Below are positions 30,040 through 40,806 of a stretch of DNA of 64,000 nt, in pieces. The DNA comes from Bdellovibrionales bacterium (GTDB lineage: Bacteria > Bdellovibrionota > Bdellovibrionia > Bdellovibrionales > UBA1609). The translations under genes and the position numbers were made by a program. The stretch is from assembly GCA_965219095.1 (NCBI GenBank), contig CBDCMT010000001.1, positions 704,001 through 768,000 of the forward strand, given 5' to 3'. The notes beneath the pieces were generated by a model. The model saw only the letters and a program-made list of their open reading frames with translations. It was not told the DNA's origin and ran no database searches. Each line of letters starts with the position of its first letter. The stretch's first letter is position 1.

Positions 30040-32270
30040 CTATTGGGAGAAGTGCTTTTGCAAATAATCAGTTAACTTCTGTAACAATTCCAGATAATGT
30101 GACATCTATTTGGAGAATTGGAGAAGATGCTTTTGCAAATAATCAGTTAGCATCTGTAACAATTCCAGATAGTGTGACATCTATTGGATACAGTGCTTTT
30201 GAAAATAATCAGTTAACTTCTGTCACAATTCCAGGTAATGCGAGTTTTATTGGAAGCAGTGTTTTTGCAAATAATCCTTTAACATCAGTTACGATTTCAC
30301 ATGGTTCTACATCTATTCGGAACAGTTTTTTTGCTGGCAATAATTTAACTTCTGTAACAATTCCAGATAGTGTGACATCTATTGGGAGAAGTGCTTTTGC
30401 AAATAATCAGTTAGCCTCTGTAACAATTCCAGATAGTGTAACAAGTCTTTCAGGGTTTTCTTACAATAATTTAGCCTCTGTAACAATTCCAGATAGTGTG
30501 ACATCTATTGGGCACAGTGCTTTTGCAAATAATCAGTTAGCCTCTGTAACAATTCCAGATAATGTGACAGAGATTGAGCACAGTGCTTTTGCAAATAATC
30601 AGTTAACTTCTGTAACAATTCCAGATAGTGTTACATATATTGGGAATGGTGCTTTTGCAAATAATCAGTTAGCCTCTGTAACAATTCCAGGTAATGCGAG
30701 CTTTATTGGGCGCAGTGTTTTTGCAAATAATCCTTTAACATCAGTTACGATTTCACATGGTTCTACATATATTAGGAGCAGTGCTTTTGCAAATAATCAG
30801 TTAACTTCTGTAACAATTCCAGATAGTGTTACATCTATTTGGCCCAGTGCTTTTGCAAATAATCAGTTAGCCTCTGTAACAATTCCAGATAGTGTTACAT
30901 ATATTGGGAATGGTGCTTTTGCAAATAATCAGTTAATTTCTGTAACAATTCCAGATAGTGTGACATCTATTGGAGAAAGGGCTTTTGCAGATAATCAGTT
31001 AGCCTCTGTAACAATTCCAGATAGTATTACGTCTATTGAATACAGGGCTTTTGCAAATAATCAGTTAGCCTCTGTAACAATTCCAGATAGTGTTACATAT
31101 ATTAGGAGCAGTGCTTTTGCAAATAATCAGTTAGCCTCTGTAACAATTCCAGATAGTGTTACATCTATTGGGCCCAGTGCTTTTGCAAATAATCAGTTAG
31201 CCTCTGTAACAATTCCAGATAATGTGACAGAGATTGGGCACAGTGCTTTTGCAAATAATCAGTTAGCCTCTGTAACAATTCCAGATAGTGTGACATCTAT
31301 TGGGAATGGTGCTTTTGAAAATAATCAGTTAGCCTCTGTAACAATTCCAGATAGTGTTACATATATTGGGAATGGTGCTTTTGCAAATAATCAGTTAATT
31401 TCTGTAACAATTCCAGATAATGTGACAGAGATTGGAGAAAGGGCTTTTGCAGATAATCAGTTAGCCTCTGTAACAATTCCAGATAGTATTACGTCTATTG
31501 AATACAGGGCTTTTGCAAATAATCAGTTAGCCTCTGTAACAATTCCAGATAGTGTTACATCTATTTGGCCCAGTGCTTTTGCAAATAATCAGTTAGCCTC
31601 TGTAACAATTCCAGATAGTGTTACATCTATTTGGCCCAGTGCTTTTGCAAATAATCAGTTAGCCTCTGTAACAATTCCAGATAGTGTTACATCTATTGGG
31701 AATGGTGCTTTTGAAAATAATCAGTTAGCCTCTGTAACAATTCCAGATAATGTGACATCTATTAGAGACAATGCTTTTGCAAATAATCAGTTAGCCTCTG
31801 TAACAATTCCAGATAGTGTTACATCTATTGGGAATGGTGCTTTTGAAAATAATCAGTTAGCCTCTGTAACAATTCCAGATAGTGTGACATCCATTGGGAG
31901 CAGTGCTTTTGCAAATAATCAGTTAACTTCTGTAACAATTCCAGATAGTGTTACATCTATTGGGAATGGTGCTTTTGAAAATAATCAGTTAGCCTCTGTA
32001 ACAATTCCAGATAGTGTAACATCTATTAGAGACAGGGCTTTTGCAAATAATTCTTTAACATCAGTTACCATGTCAGATAGTGTTACTCAATATTTTGCGA
32101 ACAGTGCTTTTGCAGATAATCAGTTAATTTCTGTAACAATTCCAGATGGTGTTACATCTATTAGGGATAGAGCTTTTGAAAATCAATCTTTTGTATCAGT
32201 TACGATTCCAGATAGTGTGACATATATTGGAGAATGGGCTTTTGCAAATAATCAGTTAACTTCAGTGATT
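30040..32270 (+). repeat. ~34 tandem 66-bp (22-aa) coding LRR units
   Basis: Consensus [22 protein letters not shown], nucleotide-conserved core GCTTTTGCAAATAATCAGTTAGCCTCTGTAACAATTCCAGAT. Confidence 0.97.
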
Positions 32271-32652
32271 ATTTTAAATGGAGGCAATCCTCTCAGAATT
32301 AACAATAATGCTTTTACAGGAAATGATGGTTTAACCACCGTTTGTATAGAGCAGCTAAGCTACAATTTCTACAATATCCGGATAGTAAGCAACCCTCCTC
32401 TTTTAGGCGTAACTCTAGTTTATGATGACGATGGGGATTGCACTAACAATTCACCTTGATATGAAATAGTGAACTTCATTTGTTGGAAAGTGAAGAAATT
32501 AGAGAAATTCAAGCTTGGATAGGGTGGTCAGATAACCGACTTACAGTATTGTTAGAGCAATTTACTGTCCTTTTCTCTAGATTAAGATAGAATTTATTTC
32601 CATTAATGAAACTCCTATAAAGATTATAGCTAATCATGATCGATTAGTTATT

Positions 32653-33396
32653 ATGGAAACAGAGGAAGTTCAAAGCAAAGAGATGCTAAGTCTAGCTCAT
32701 CATAGAAGCCGAAAACGCATAAGAGACTTAGGAGAGGTTTTTACCCCTGAAAAATATGCACAAGAAATGTTAGATATGTTAGATAAATCTGTCTGGGGAA
32801 ATGTAAACACTGTTTTTTTTGAACCAACTTGCGGACATGGGAACTTTGTCATTGCTATTATCCAGAGGCAACTAAAAGCATTTTTCAAAAAGGCTAGCAA
32901 ATCAAAAGTTAGAAAGTCTCACTTTTATTCTGTTGCAAATACTTTAAATAATTTATGGGCAATAGATGTTGATAGAAAAAATATAGATTTTTGTAGAAGT
33001 CGTGTTTGGAGTATAGTTTTTAATTTTTTACTAGATAATGAAAAGAGAGGGCTCAGAACTAGTATTTTTATAGATAAAAACAAAGATTTTCTAGCTCATA
33101 TTCTTTCTTGTATTAAATATCAAATTCATGAAAATGAAGCTCTCTCTTGCCTAGAGGACGATCCTATTAAAGCAAAAGAAGCTTCCAACAAGACAAATGT
33201 TAGTAGAAAGTGGTTTAAGAAAAACAAGCACAGACCCATTGATTTTAAACTTTCTTGGTGTGAGTACTTTAAAAATTTAAAAAAATCAAAACCTATTCCT
33301 ATAGAATATAAAAGAAGCATGAAATTTATAGATTCATTTGAAAAAAATATAAAAAACAACCGGTTTAAAGATTTTAATTTTGCGAAAGTAGCTTAG
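32653..33396 (+). CDS. N6-adenine methyltransferase-like SAM-binding subunit (no NPPY)
   Basis: GEVFTP and FFEPTCGHGNF motifs. Confidence 0.8.
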   Translation: METEEVQSKEMLSLAHHRSRKRIRDLGEVFTPEKYAQEMLDMLDKSVWGNVNTVFFEPTCGHGNFVIAIIQRQLKAFFKKASKSKVRKSHFYSVANTLNNLWAIDVDRKNIDFCRSRVWSIVFNFLLDNEKRGLRTSIFIDKNKDFLAHILSCIKYQIHENEALSCLEDDPIKAKEASNKTNVSRKWFKKNKHRPIDFKLSWCEYFKNLKKSKPIPIEYKRSMKFIDSFEKNIKNNRFKDFNFAKVA

Positions 33397-33404
33397 GGGA
33401 AAAT

Positions 33405-34859
33405 ATGTCGGAGGCATTAAAATTTGTTAATACCCACGTGGTAGATATCTTAGGCAGCACAAAGGGGCGAGATCAGCCCATTATGAAAATGGACAAAGCT
33501 GTAGAGCTGGTAAAGTGCTTAGATAAAGAGGCTTTAACTAGTGATGAATACGTATTTTTCGATCCATTTTGCAAAGCTGGTGAAATTCTTCTTGCAACAG
33601 CATTAGTTAGAAACCTCTATAAATCAAAGAGAGGCTTAGTGGACACTTACAAAGTATTTGAAGATTTATACAAAAGTAATAGATACTTTGCTCTTGCTCC
33701 AGATGAGAGGCACTACTTGCTTACTCTTAGAACCTTTTACGGAAATGAAAAATCTCATAATAAAAACTTTACAAAAAACATAAGAAATGGCAACTATCTT
33801 TCAGAAGAAAATGGTCGCCTTGATAAGGACAAATTTAACAAGGAGTTAAAAGCCATGTTGGAATATATTAAAGAAAAAACCGGAAGCAAGAAGATTGTTA
33901 CCGTAGGTAACCCCCCTTATCAAGAAGAAGATGAAGGCTACGGAAAAAGTGCTAAACCTATTTATAATATTTTTATTGAATCTCTAATTGATTCACAAGA
34001 AATTCACAAGTTTTCCTTAGTTGTTCCTGCCCGTTGGTTTTCTGGAGGTAAAGGGTTAGATAATTTTCGTAGTCATATGATAGAAGATAAAAAACTTAAG
34101 AAAATAACTTATTTTGAAAATTCTTCTTTTGTTTTTCCTACTGTAGATATTAGAGGTGGAGTATGTTTTTTATATTGGGATAAAAACCATAAAGGAGAAA
34201 CTATTATTGATAATGGAAACCAAACAGAAGAAACGGATCTTTCTAAATGGGATATTATTGTTCCTCATACAGAGGCATACTCAATACTTAATAAAGTATT
34301 AAAGAAGGGTAATACATTTGTTTCTGAAGTAGTGTGGCCGAGAAAGCCTTTTGGTTTACCAGGAAATTATTTTTCAAGAAATCAATTGAATTATTCTGAA
34401 TCAGATCAACCTGTTGAATGTTTAAGTGTAGGAAAAATAATTAACAAAATTCCGAGAAGATTAATTCCAACAAATACAGATAAAATAAATGAGTATCAAG
34501 TAGCTTTTCCAGAAGCTTCTGGTGGTGGTAAAGGCAAGAGGGATCAAATTCTTCCTCGATCGAAGCACTTTTTTATTTTGGAAAGAGGACAAATTTCAAC
34601 AGAAACTTACAGTGTGGCTCATAGTTTTACAAATAAAAAAGAAGCTGAAAATTTTTTATTTTTTTTAAGAACAAATTTCGCAAGGTTTCTTTTGGGTCTG
34701 AGAAAACCAACGCAACATACAAAAAGAGAAACATTTGCTTGGATTCCTTTATTAAATACCAAACAACTTTGGACAGATGAGGGACTTTTTAAGTATTTTA
34801 ATATCAATCTAGAGGAACAGAAATACATTGTAGAACAAGTAGAGAAATGGACTGCTTGA
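33405..34859 (+). CDS. Eco57I-like N6-adenine methyltransferase with target recognition region
   Basis: FDPFCKAGE, VGNPPYQ, VPARWFSGGKGL, RGGVCF. Confidence 0.88.
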   Translation: MSEALKFVNTHVVDILGSTKGRDQPIMKMDKAVELVKCLDKEALTSDEYVFFDPFCKAGEILLATALVRNLYKSKRGLVDTYKVFEDLYKSNRYFALAPDERHYLLTLRTFYGNEKSHNKNFTKNIRNGNYLSEENGRLDKDKFNKELKAMLEYIKEKTGSKKIVTVGNPPYQEEDEGYGKSAKPIYNIFIESLIDSQEIHKFSLVVPARWFSGGKGLDNFRSHMIEDKKLKKITYFENSSFVFPTVDIRGGVCFLYWDKNHKGETIIDNGNQTEETDLSKWDIIVPHTEAYSILNKVLKKGNTFVSEVVWPRKPFGLPGNYFSRNQLNYSESDQPVECLSVGKIINKIPRRLIPTNTDKINEYQVAFPEASGGGKGKRDQILPRSKHFFILERGQISTETYSVAHSFTNKKEAENFLFFLRTNFARFLLGLRKPTQHTKRETFAWIPLLNTKQLWTDEGLFKYFNINLEEQKYIVEQVEKWTA

Positions 34860-34912
34860 GCAATTTTTTTGAATATTGAAAGATTTTTTATAATTTCAAT
34901 GGGAAAGCATTT

Positions 34913-35614
34913 ATGGAAAAAAGAGCAAATCGTTCAATGATACTTACTCAAAAGTTAGAAGGTATCTCAAAAAAGATATTTGAAAGATATAAAAAAAAAG
35001 TTATCCAGTATATTGGAAACACACCAGGAGTATATGCTCTTTATGATGAAAAAGAGTTATATTATGTAGGTCGTGCCTCTGATCTAGTAAAAAGAGTTAA
35101 TAATCACTTAAAGGATCGACATTCTGCACTTTGGACTCATTTTTCGGTTTATTTTACCAAAAAAGCACAATATGCAAATGATATAGAAGCTGTAATTATT
35201 TCTATAGCACAACCTAAAGGGAACAAAGTGAAACCCAAGTTGGGAAAAGAAAGAAAGCTTAAAGATATACTTAGAAAAGCTATAAAAGAAAGTCATCAGG
35301 AAGAATTAAGAGAGTTGGGATTAGGAAGGAAAAGAAGGGTTGATTCAAAGAAAAAAAGTAAGAATAGACCTAATCTGAAAAATTGTTTTAAAAAAAATAA
35401 ACCTTTGATGAAATCTTATAAAGGCAAACCATATAGAGCTGTTTTACTTAAATCAGGTAAGATTAAATACAAACAAAAATTGTATAATACTCCTACTGCG
35501 GCTGCACAAGCAATTGTGCATAAGCATTCACCAAATTCAGCTGTTAATGGTTGGCACTTTTGGTTCATCAAAGATTCTGAAAATAATTGGGTTAAATTAA
35601 GTGATCTGGATTAA
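34913..35614 (+). CDS. GIY-YIG nuclease fused to a RAMA-like modified-DNA reader domain
   Basis: GVYALY...YYVGRA...RVNNH; C-terminal YNTPTAAA...VNGWHFW. Confidence 0.8.
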   Translation: MEKRANRSMILTQKLEGISKKIFERYKKKVIQYIGNTPGVYALYDEKELYYVGRASDLVKRVNNHLKDRHSALWTHFSVYFTKKAQYANDIEAVIISIAQPKGNKVKPKLGKERKLKDILRKAIKESHQEELRELGLGRKRRVDSKKKSKNRPNLKNCFKKNKPLMKSYKGKPYRAVLLKSGKIKYKQKLYNTPTAAAQAIVHKHSPNSAVNGWHFWFIKDSENNWVKLSDLD

Positions 35615-35619
35615 GAGAG

Positions 35620-38067
35620 GTGATCGATATGTCTGAGAAACTAGAACTCTATGTTTATACCACACCTACTTGGCAAAAACAAGGTTTGTTAAAAGTAGGG
35701 CATTGCCTCAAAGGTCGTCATGAAAAACGAATCTATGAGCAATTTGGAGCCAGCAATCCAGAGAAACCAATAATCCTCTGGGTTCGAAACTTACCCAAAG
35801 GAAAAACTGATCATCATATCCATAAACAATTAGAGCAAAATGGTATAGAAAGAAAACCAGATGGATCAGGTCAAGAATGGTTTTACGCTCAGTTAGATGA
35901 TGTAAAAAAAGCTTTCAATCAAGTCGCCTATGGCACAGATAGAAAAAATAGTTTTTCTTTAAGAAAAGAACAAGCTGAAGCTGTAAAAAAAGCAAGTGAT
36001 TGGTTTAATAAAGAATATGAATATAAAACTATAGACTCTGCAACTCATAAAAATAGATTTTTATTAAATGCTAAAATGAGGTTTGGAAAATGCTTTACTG
36101 GTATTCATATTGCAAAAGCCATTGATGCTAGAAAAACTATCGTTGTAACTTATAAGCCAAGAGTCATAGAAGAATGGCTTGAAGCTGTCAATGAACATAC
36201 TGACTTTGAAAGCTGGCAAGGAATTCGTGCTAAGGAAGACAAAAATCCTAATGAGCTTTTCTTGACAGATGATAATAACTTACTTCAAAGCTCAAACCTT
36301 TTAGTTCTTTGTGTTTCTCTGCAAGATTTAGATATTTCTGAAACTGGAGGAGTAAAAGATAGGCTAAAAGAAGTTTTAAAAGTTGATTGGGACTTATTAA
36401 TTTTTGATGAGGTTCATTTTGGAGGCAGAACAGATAGAGTTTCAAACATTTTAAAGTATCTAAAGCCAAAGTTTAGGCTTGATCTTTCTGGAACTCCATT
36501 TCGCTTAATCGGAGCTATCGACTTTTGTCCAGAACAAGTTTTTACCTATAGCTACCTTGATGAACAAGAAAACAAAAAACAGGAAATTAAAAACGATCCT
36601 AATAATGAAAAGCCTTTCATTTACAGGCAGATACCAGATATAAACCTATCAACTATTGAAATTACCGATAAAGATATAAAAACTCAGCGAGAGAGATTTT
36701 TAACGGATGATAGAGATTTTTCTCTCAACGAACTCTTTAGAACAAGTGGCAAAGGTTTTCTTCATAATGATGCTGTTGATAACTTTCTTGAAAGTCTATC
36801 TAAAAGAGAGCATGGAGCCACAGCTTTAAGCGTTTATGGAAGGCTAGGAGATAATCTAGGACTTCCCTCTAAAAGACATAGTGTATGGTGGCTAAATAGA
36901 GTTAATTCTATAAGACAGCTTATAAAAAAATTAAAAAATCATCCTATTTTTTCTCAATATGAAATTATCAATGCAGCCGGAGGACGTTCAGATGAAGATG
37001 ATTTGGATGATGTTATTTTTGCCAAAGGAAAAGATGATATTCTTAAAAAAATAGAAAAAGTCAACTCTGGAAAAGTTAATAAAGCAGGAACTATCACTCT
37101 TACTTGTAGAAAGTTTTTAACAGGAGTAACTATTAAGCCATGGGACTCTATTTTAATCCTAAATGATATTGAATCGGCTGAGAGTTATTTTCAAGCCATT
37201 TTTCGTGTTCAATCTGCATGGATAGGCGAAAACCCAAAAGATGTACTTAAACCTAAGGGATGGGTTTTTGATTTTGCTATTTCTCGTTGCCTTAGAACAA
37301 CTTATAGCTATGCTCGTGCCTTAACAGATCAAATTGATCAGCAAGATAGCCATAATCAATTAAATCTTAATAGGAAGGGCAATGTAGAGAGAATTACAGA
37401 TGGACTCTGCTCATCTCTTGATATAAAAACTTTCTATCAAGGGAGTTTAAAAAGTGATCCTGTTACATCTAGGGAAATCTTTGAAGCTGTTAATAGTGAA
37501 GGTGCAAAAATTGCTCTTGCAAAACGAATTACTAGTAATATGCTGGTTTCTTTTCCTGCTCTTGCACTATTAGAAGTTCACCCTCATTTGTATGAAGCCT
37601 TAAAAAATGTTAAAGGATATAGAACTCAAGAAGTAGGAAGTATTGATGATTTAGTTAGTATAGGAAAAGAAGCTAAGGAAAAATTAAAAGAAGATAGAAA
37701 CAAAGAAAAAACAGAAGAAGAGATTGAAGAAGAAACAAAAAATGAAATAGAAAAGGAAAAAGATAAGAAAAAAAAGAGCAAGAAAAAATGGTATGCTACT
37801 CAGATAAAAAGACTTGCTATTTGCATGGCAGACTTTATTTATATGACAAAATTTAGAGAGTATAAAATTGATCATGTTATTGAAACCAAAGACTCTGAGT
37901 TCTTTAAAGTTGTCACTGGGGTCAGTAAAGATGATTTTACTGACCTATGCGATAAAGGTTTCATTCATAGAGAATCTCTCAATAGAATTGTACGAGAATT
38001 TAAACATCAAGAAGAGAGTTCTTTGAAGCCAGAAGAATATATTTTTGAGCACGTTAAAGTGGCATAG
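35620..38067 (+). CDS. T5orf172/GIY-YIG-like nuclease plus SF2 (ResIII-like) helicase restriction subunit
   Basis: LYVY...LKVG...RIYEQF...EWF; NAKMRFGKC, IFDEVH, LSGTPF, YFQAIFRVQ. Confidence 0.85.
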   Translation: MIDMSEKLELYVYTTPTWQKQGLLKVGHCLKGRHEKRIYEQFGASNPEKPIILWVRNLPKGKTDHHIHKQLEQNGIERKPDGSGQEWFYAQLDDVKKAFNQVAYGTDRKNSFSLRKEQAEAVKKASDWFNKEYEYKTIDSATHKNRFLLNAKMRFGKCFTGIHIAKAIDARKTIVVTYKPRVIEEWLEAVNEHTDFESWQGIRAKEDKNPNELFLTDDNNLLQSSNLLVLCVSLQDLDISETGGVKDRLKEVLKVDWDLLIFDEVHFGGRTDRVSNILKYLKPKFRLDLSGTPFRLIGAIDFCPEQVFTYSYLDEQENKKQEIKNDPNNEKPFIYRQIPDINLSTIEITDKDIKTQRERFLTDDRDFSLNELFRTSGKGFLHNDAVDNFLESLSKREHGATALSVYGRLGDNLGLPSKRHSVWWLNRVNSIRQLIKKLKNHPIFSQYEIINAAGGRSDEDDLDDVIFAKGKDDILKKIEKVNSGKVNKAGTITLTCRKFLTGVTIKPWDSILILNDIESAESYFQAIFRVQSAWIGENPKDVLKPKGWVFDFAISRCLRTTYSYARALTDQIDQQDSHNQLNLNRKGNVERITDGLCSSLDIKTFYQGSLKSDPVTSREIFEAVNSEGAKIALAKRITSNMLVSFPALALLEVHPHLYEALKNVKGYRTQEVGSIDDLVSIGKEAKEKLKEDRNKEKTEEEIEEETKNEIEKEKDKKKKSKKKWYATQIKRLAICMADFIYMTKFREYKIDHVIETKDSEFFKVVTGVSKDDFTDLCDKGFIHRESLNRIVREFKHQEESSLKPEEYIFEHVKVA

Positions 38068-38076
38068 TTAAAAATT

Positions 38077-38210
38077 GTAACTGTTCACTTAAATTCTAGT
38101 GATTTTAAAAATAAATAAAATCAGTGAATTATAGTTTTAACATTGCCCCGACCACCTAAAAGAACAAATCTAAAGTTAGGGATAACTGAACAATGTAGGT
38201 GAGCAGTTAC
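38077..38210. mobile_element. IS66-derived miniature element
   Basis: Ends GTAACTGTTCAC...GTGAGCAGTTAC; the right ~40 bp are the reverse complement of 13623-13663. Confidence 0.8.
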
Positions 38211-38283
38211 AAAAAATCATTTATTAACATCCTACGTAAAACTCAGATTTACATTAAAGTATTTTTCACAAATGGAGAAAGAC

Positions 38284-38961
38284 ATGAAAATAAAAATTTT
38301 CACACTACTCCTATGCCTAATCTCAGCCATTCCCTCTCACGCTTTCTGGGGCGGAGACTTAATCTATCTATCAAAAATACTCCAGCAGTCTATCTATCAA
38401 CTAAAGCAACTCCAAAAAATCACAGGAGCTAACGAAGAAACTCTAAAACTCTTGAGAGACACCAATCGAGGACTTCACGAAGCCATGTATGTTGGAGACA
38501 CAATCAATAGAACTCTTAAGGCAGGAACTTTTTCCAAACTAAAAAACTTAAACGAAAGCATCCAAGCTGTTAAGAATCTCTATGGAAGAATCCCAAAAAC
38601 TAGTGAGGCAACTTTGCAAAAAAAGACCGATCTCTCTATCGCTGAAAGCTTAAATCATCACAACAACGTCTACAGATACGCCAAGCAAACTGATGAGCTT
38701 GCAAAACAGATGAAACACTATGCTCACAGAGCTTCACAAGCTGGGGCTACTAAAACAATTTTAGAATCTCAGGCCATAATGATTCACACGCTCAATCAAA
38801 TCTTAAGAACCAATGCCACTTTGTTAAAAATTCAAACCCAAGAACTTGCTCTTAAAAATAAAGCTAACAAAAATCACTCAAGACAATTTCAAGTTCAGTA
38901 CTCTGAACTTGGGAATGCTTTCAAAAATCTAAAACCAAACTATAACCTCACCTCTTTTTAA
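38284..38961 (+). CDS. VirB5/TrbJ-like secreted helical protein
   Basis: Signal peptide (PSHA), Gln-rich helices, upstream of the VirB6-like gene. Confidence 0.55.
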   Translation: MKIKIFTLLLCLISAIPSHAFWGGDLIYLSKILQQSIYQLKQLQKITGANEETLKLLRDTNRGLHEAMYVGDTINRTLKAGTFSKLKNLNESIQAVKNLYGRIPKTSEATLQKKTDLSIAESLNHHNNVYRYAKQTDELAKQMKHYAHRASQAGATKTILESQAIMIHTLNQILRTNATLLKIQTQELALKNKANKNHSRQFQVQYSELGNAFKNLKPNYNLTSF

Positions 38962-38985
38962 AAAATCAAAAATAAGGGAGTCGTT

Positions 38986-39774
38986 ATGGATAATTTCAAT
39001 CTTCTTGCCCCAATGGCAAGAGAACTTTATTTTGAATTAAAATACCTCTACTTTTTACTACTCCCATTATTTTTCTTAACTGCAATCACCATTACTTGGT
39101 TTCAAGGATCAGGTGACTTTGTAGAAAAAACAAAAAAAGTTTTTATTGGAACCATCTTGCTTATTGCTTTCCCTGAAATCTCCCAAGCTATCTTAGATAT
39201 TACAAATGGTCTTGCCGATAAAATTGATGACATGAGTGGAATTGAAAATATTATGAAGCAAGCTGGACTTAAAATGGAAAGCTATCAAAAACCAAGCTTC
39301 AAAAGTCTCCTTGCTTTTGGTGATATGTTAATCGCCGTACTTACTTATCTCTCCTATCTAATTATGTACTGTGCAAGATTTATCATGGTAGCAATTTTTC
39401 ATTTTAGTTGGGCATTCTTAACCATTCTCTCTCCTATAATTCTTCTTTTCCACGTATTCAGCAGTAAAATGACTGTAAACCTCTTTAGAAGTATGGTGGA
39501 GATTGCCTCATGGAAGATAGTCTGGGCGATACTCTCTTTAATTCTAAAGACCCTCCCTTGGGGAGAAACCATAGCCATTAAGGGCAACTATTTAACTCTA
39601 ATTGTCATGAACTTTGTCGTAGCTCTTTCAATGGTGGCAACCCCAATAGTGGTAAGAAGCCTTGTAGGCTCTGGTTTTACAGCTTTTACAAGTTCTTTAA
39701 CACCCCTCGTAGCTATAACTATGACATCTGTAAAAGCTAAAGCTATGCATTTAGCTAACTTGATAAAAAAGTAA
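38986..39774 (+). CDS. VirB6/TrbL-like polytopic membrane protein
   Basis: Five to six transmembrane segments, ILSPIIL motif, position in the transfer operon. Confidence 0.6.
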   Translation: MDNFNLLAPMARELYFELKYLYFLLLPLFFLTAITITWFQGSGDFVEKTKKVFIGTILLIAFPEISQAILDITNGLADKIDDMSGIENIMKQAGLKMESYQKPSFKSLLAFGDMLIAVLTYLSYLIMYCARFIMVAIFHFSWAFLTILSPIILLFHVFSSKMTVNLFRSMVEIASWKIVWAILSLILKTLPWGETIAIKGNYLTLIVMNFVVALSMVATPIVVRSLVGSGFTAFTSSLTPLVAITMTSVKAKAMHLANLIKK

Positions 39775-39959
39775 GTATGACCATTTGAATAAAATCAAAT
39801 GCCTTGATAATACCTTAGAGTTTATCATATCCTTATAGTTAAGGGGCAAAAATACAGCAATATGAATACAACTCTTATCTCAAATAACATTAAAAAAAAT
39901 TTCCTCTAGACAAGAACAAAAAGGAGATCAGAGAGCCTTTCCAGTTTTGCTGGCTTCGT

Positions 39960-40154
39960 CCACAGAAAATCTGCAATTGCATAACAGAAGGTACATAGGA
40001 AATAAAAATAGTTGAAAAGAAGAAATCACAAAAAAATCATACACTCCAGATTCTTACTTTCATTGATACTAAACAGCAAAAAAGGACTTGTAAAAAGAGT
40101 AGGCTCTGATAAAGGCGGGTACTGGAAAGTCCTCAAAGCTAAATCCAAAAAATA
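39960..40154 (+). pseudogene. Degenerate winged-helix C-terminal fragment
   Basis: KGLVKRVGSDKGGYWKVLK* readable; upstream frame broken. Confidence 0.45.
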
Positions 40155-40193
40155 ATCCATTTTTTTAAAATTTAAATTAAAAAAGGAGTTATC

Positions 40194-40793
40194 ATGAAAA
40201 ATTTCATGTCTCGTAAATACTTTGAGGTTTGGGCAGACGAACAAGCTCAAAACTCAATTCTAAAAGGCTTGTTAGCCTTTTTTGTAACTATTAACATAGC
40301 TCTGATTATTTCCCTAACAATACTCTCTAGCAAAAAACCCTATCTTATCTCTATTGATAGCAAAACAACCAAGATAAACACATCAAAATCAATCCCTGAA
40401 AACTTAATCAAAAAAGAAATCATAAACGCTATCACTCGCTTTATAAAATTACGTCACAACTGGAATGATAAAACTATAGAAACAAATCTTAAAAAATCAG
40501 CTCAATTTATAGCTCCTCAATTTAAAGCTAAGTTTTTAAAAGCACACAAAGAAAATATGAAGACTGCTAAATCTAAAAAGATCACTCAAAAGTTCTACTC
40601 TTCAGAAATCAAGATTGATTCTCTTAAAAAAGAAATCCTCTTTACGGGAGATAGAATTCTAATCGTTGATGGGCTTCGAGCCACTCAGCCTATGACTTTT
40701 AAATTAAACTACATCTTTGCAGATAGAACCGAGAGCAATCCAGAAGGAGTTTATATTCTAAAAGAAACTCTCATTTCAACCCTAACCCACTAA
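40194..40793 (+). CDS. VirB8/TraE-like bitopic protein
   Basis: One transmembrane segment, RTESNPEGVYI motif. Confidence 0.7.
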   Translation: MKNFMSRKYFEVWADEQAQNSILKGLLAFFVTINIALIISLTILSSKKPYLISIDSKTTKINTSKSIPENLIKKEIINAITRFIKLRHNWNDKTIETNLKKSAQFIAPQFKAKFLKAHKENMKTAKSKKITQKFYSSEIKIDSLKKEILFTGDRILIVDGLRATQPMTFKLNYIFADRTESNPEGVYILKETLISTLTH

Positions 40794-40806
40794 AAGGAGT
40801 GAGAAT

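Larger units (their letters stand above)
27932..32459 (+). pseudogene. BspA/TpLRR-type leucine-rich-repeat surface lipoprotein with Cys-rich repeats, interrupted by IS630
   Basis: Lipobox LFSC; removing the IS and one TTA restores the frame ([27 protein letters not shown]) and joins the ORF at 29685. Confidence 0.9.

Noticed and set aside
30040..32270. CRISPR-like periodicity (constant block plus variable block)
   Set aside because: The period is 66 bp and in frame, the variable parts are related to each other and recur, the region encodes LRRs, and there are no cas genes.
30040..32270. Diversity-generating retroelement target
   Set aside because: No reverse transcriptase or template repeat in the window, and the variation is not evidently adenine-specific.
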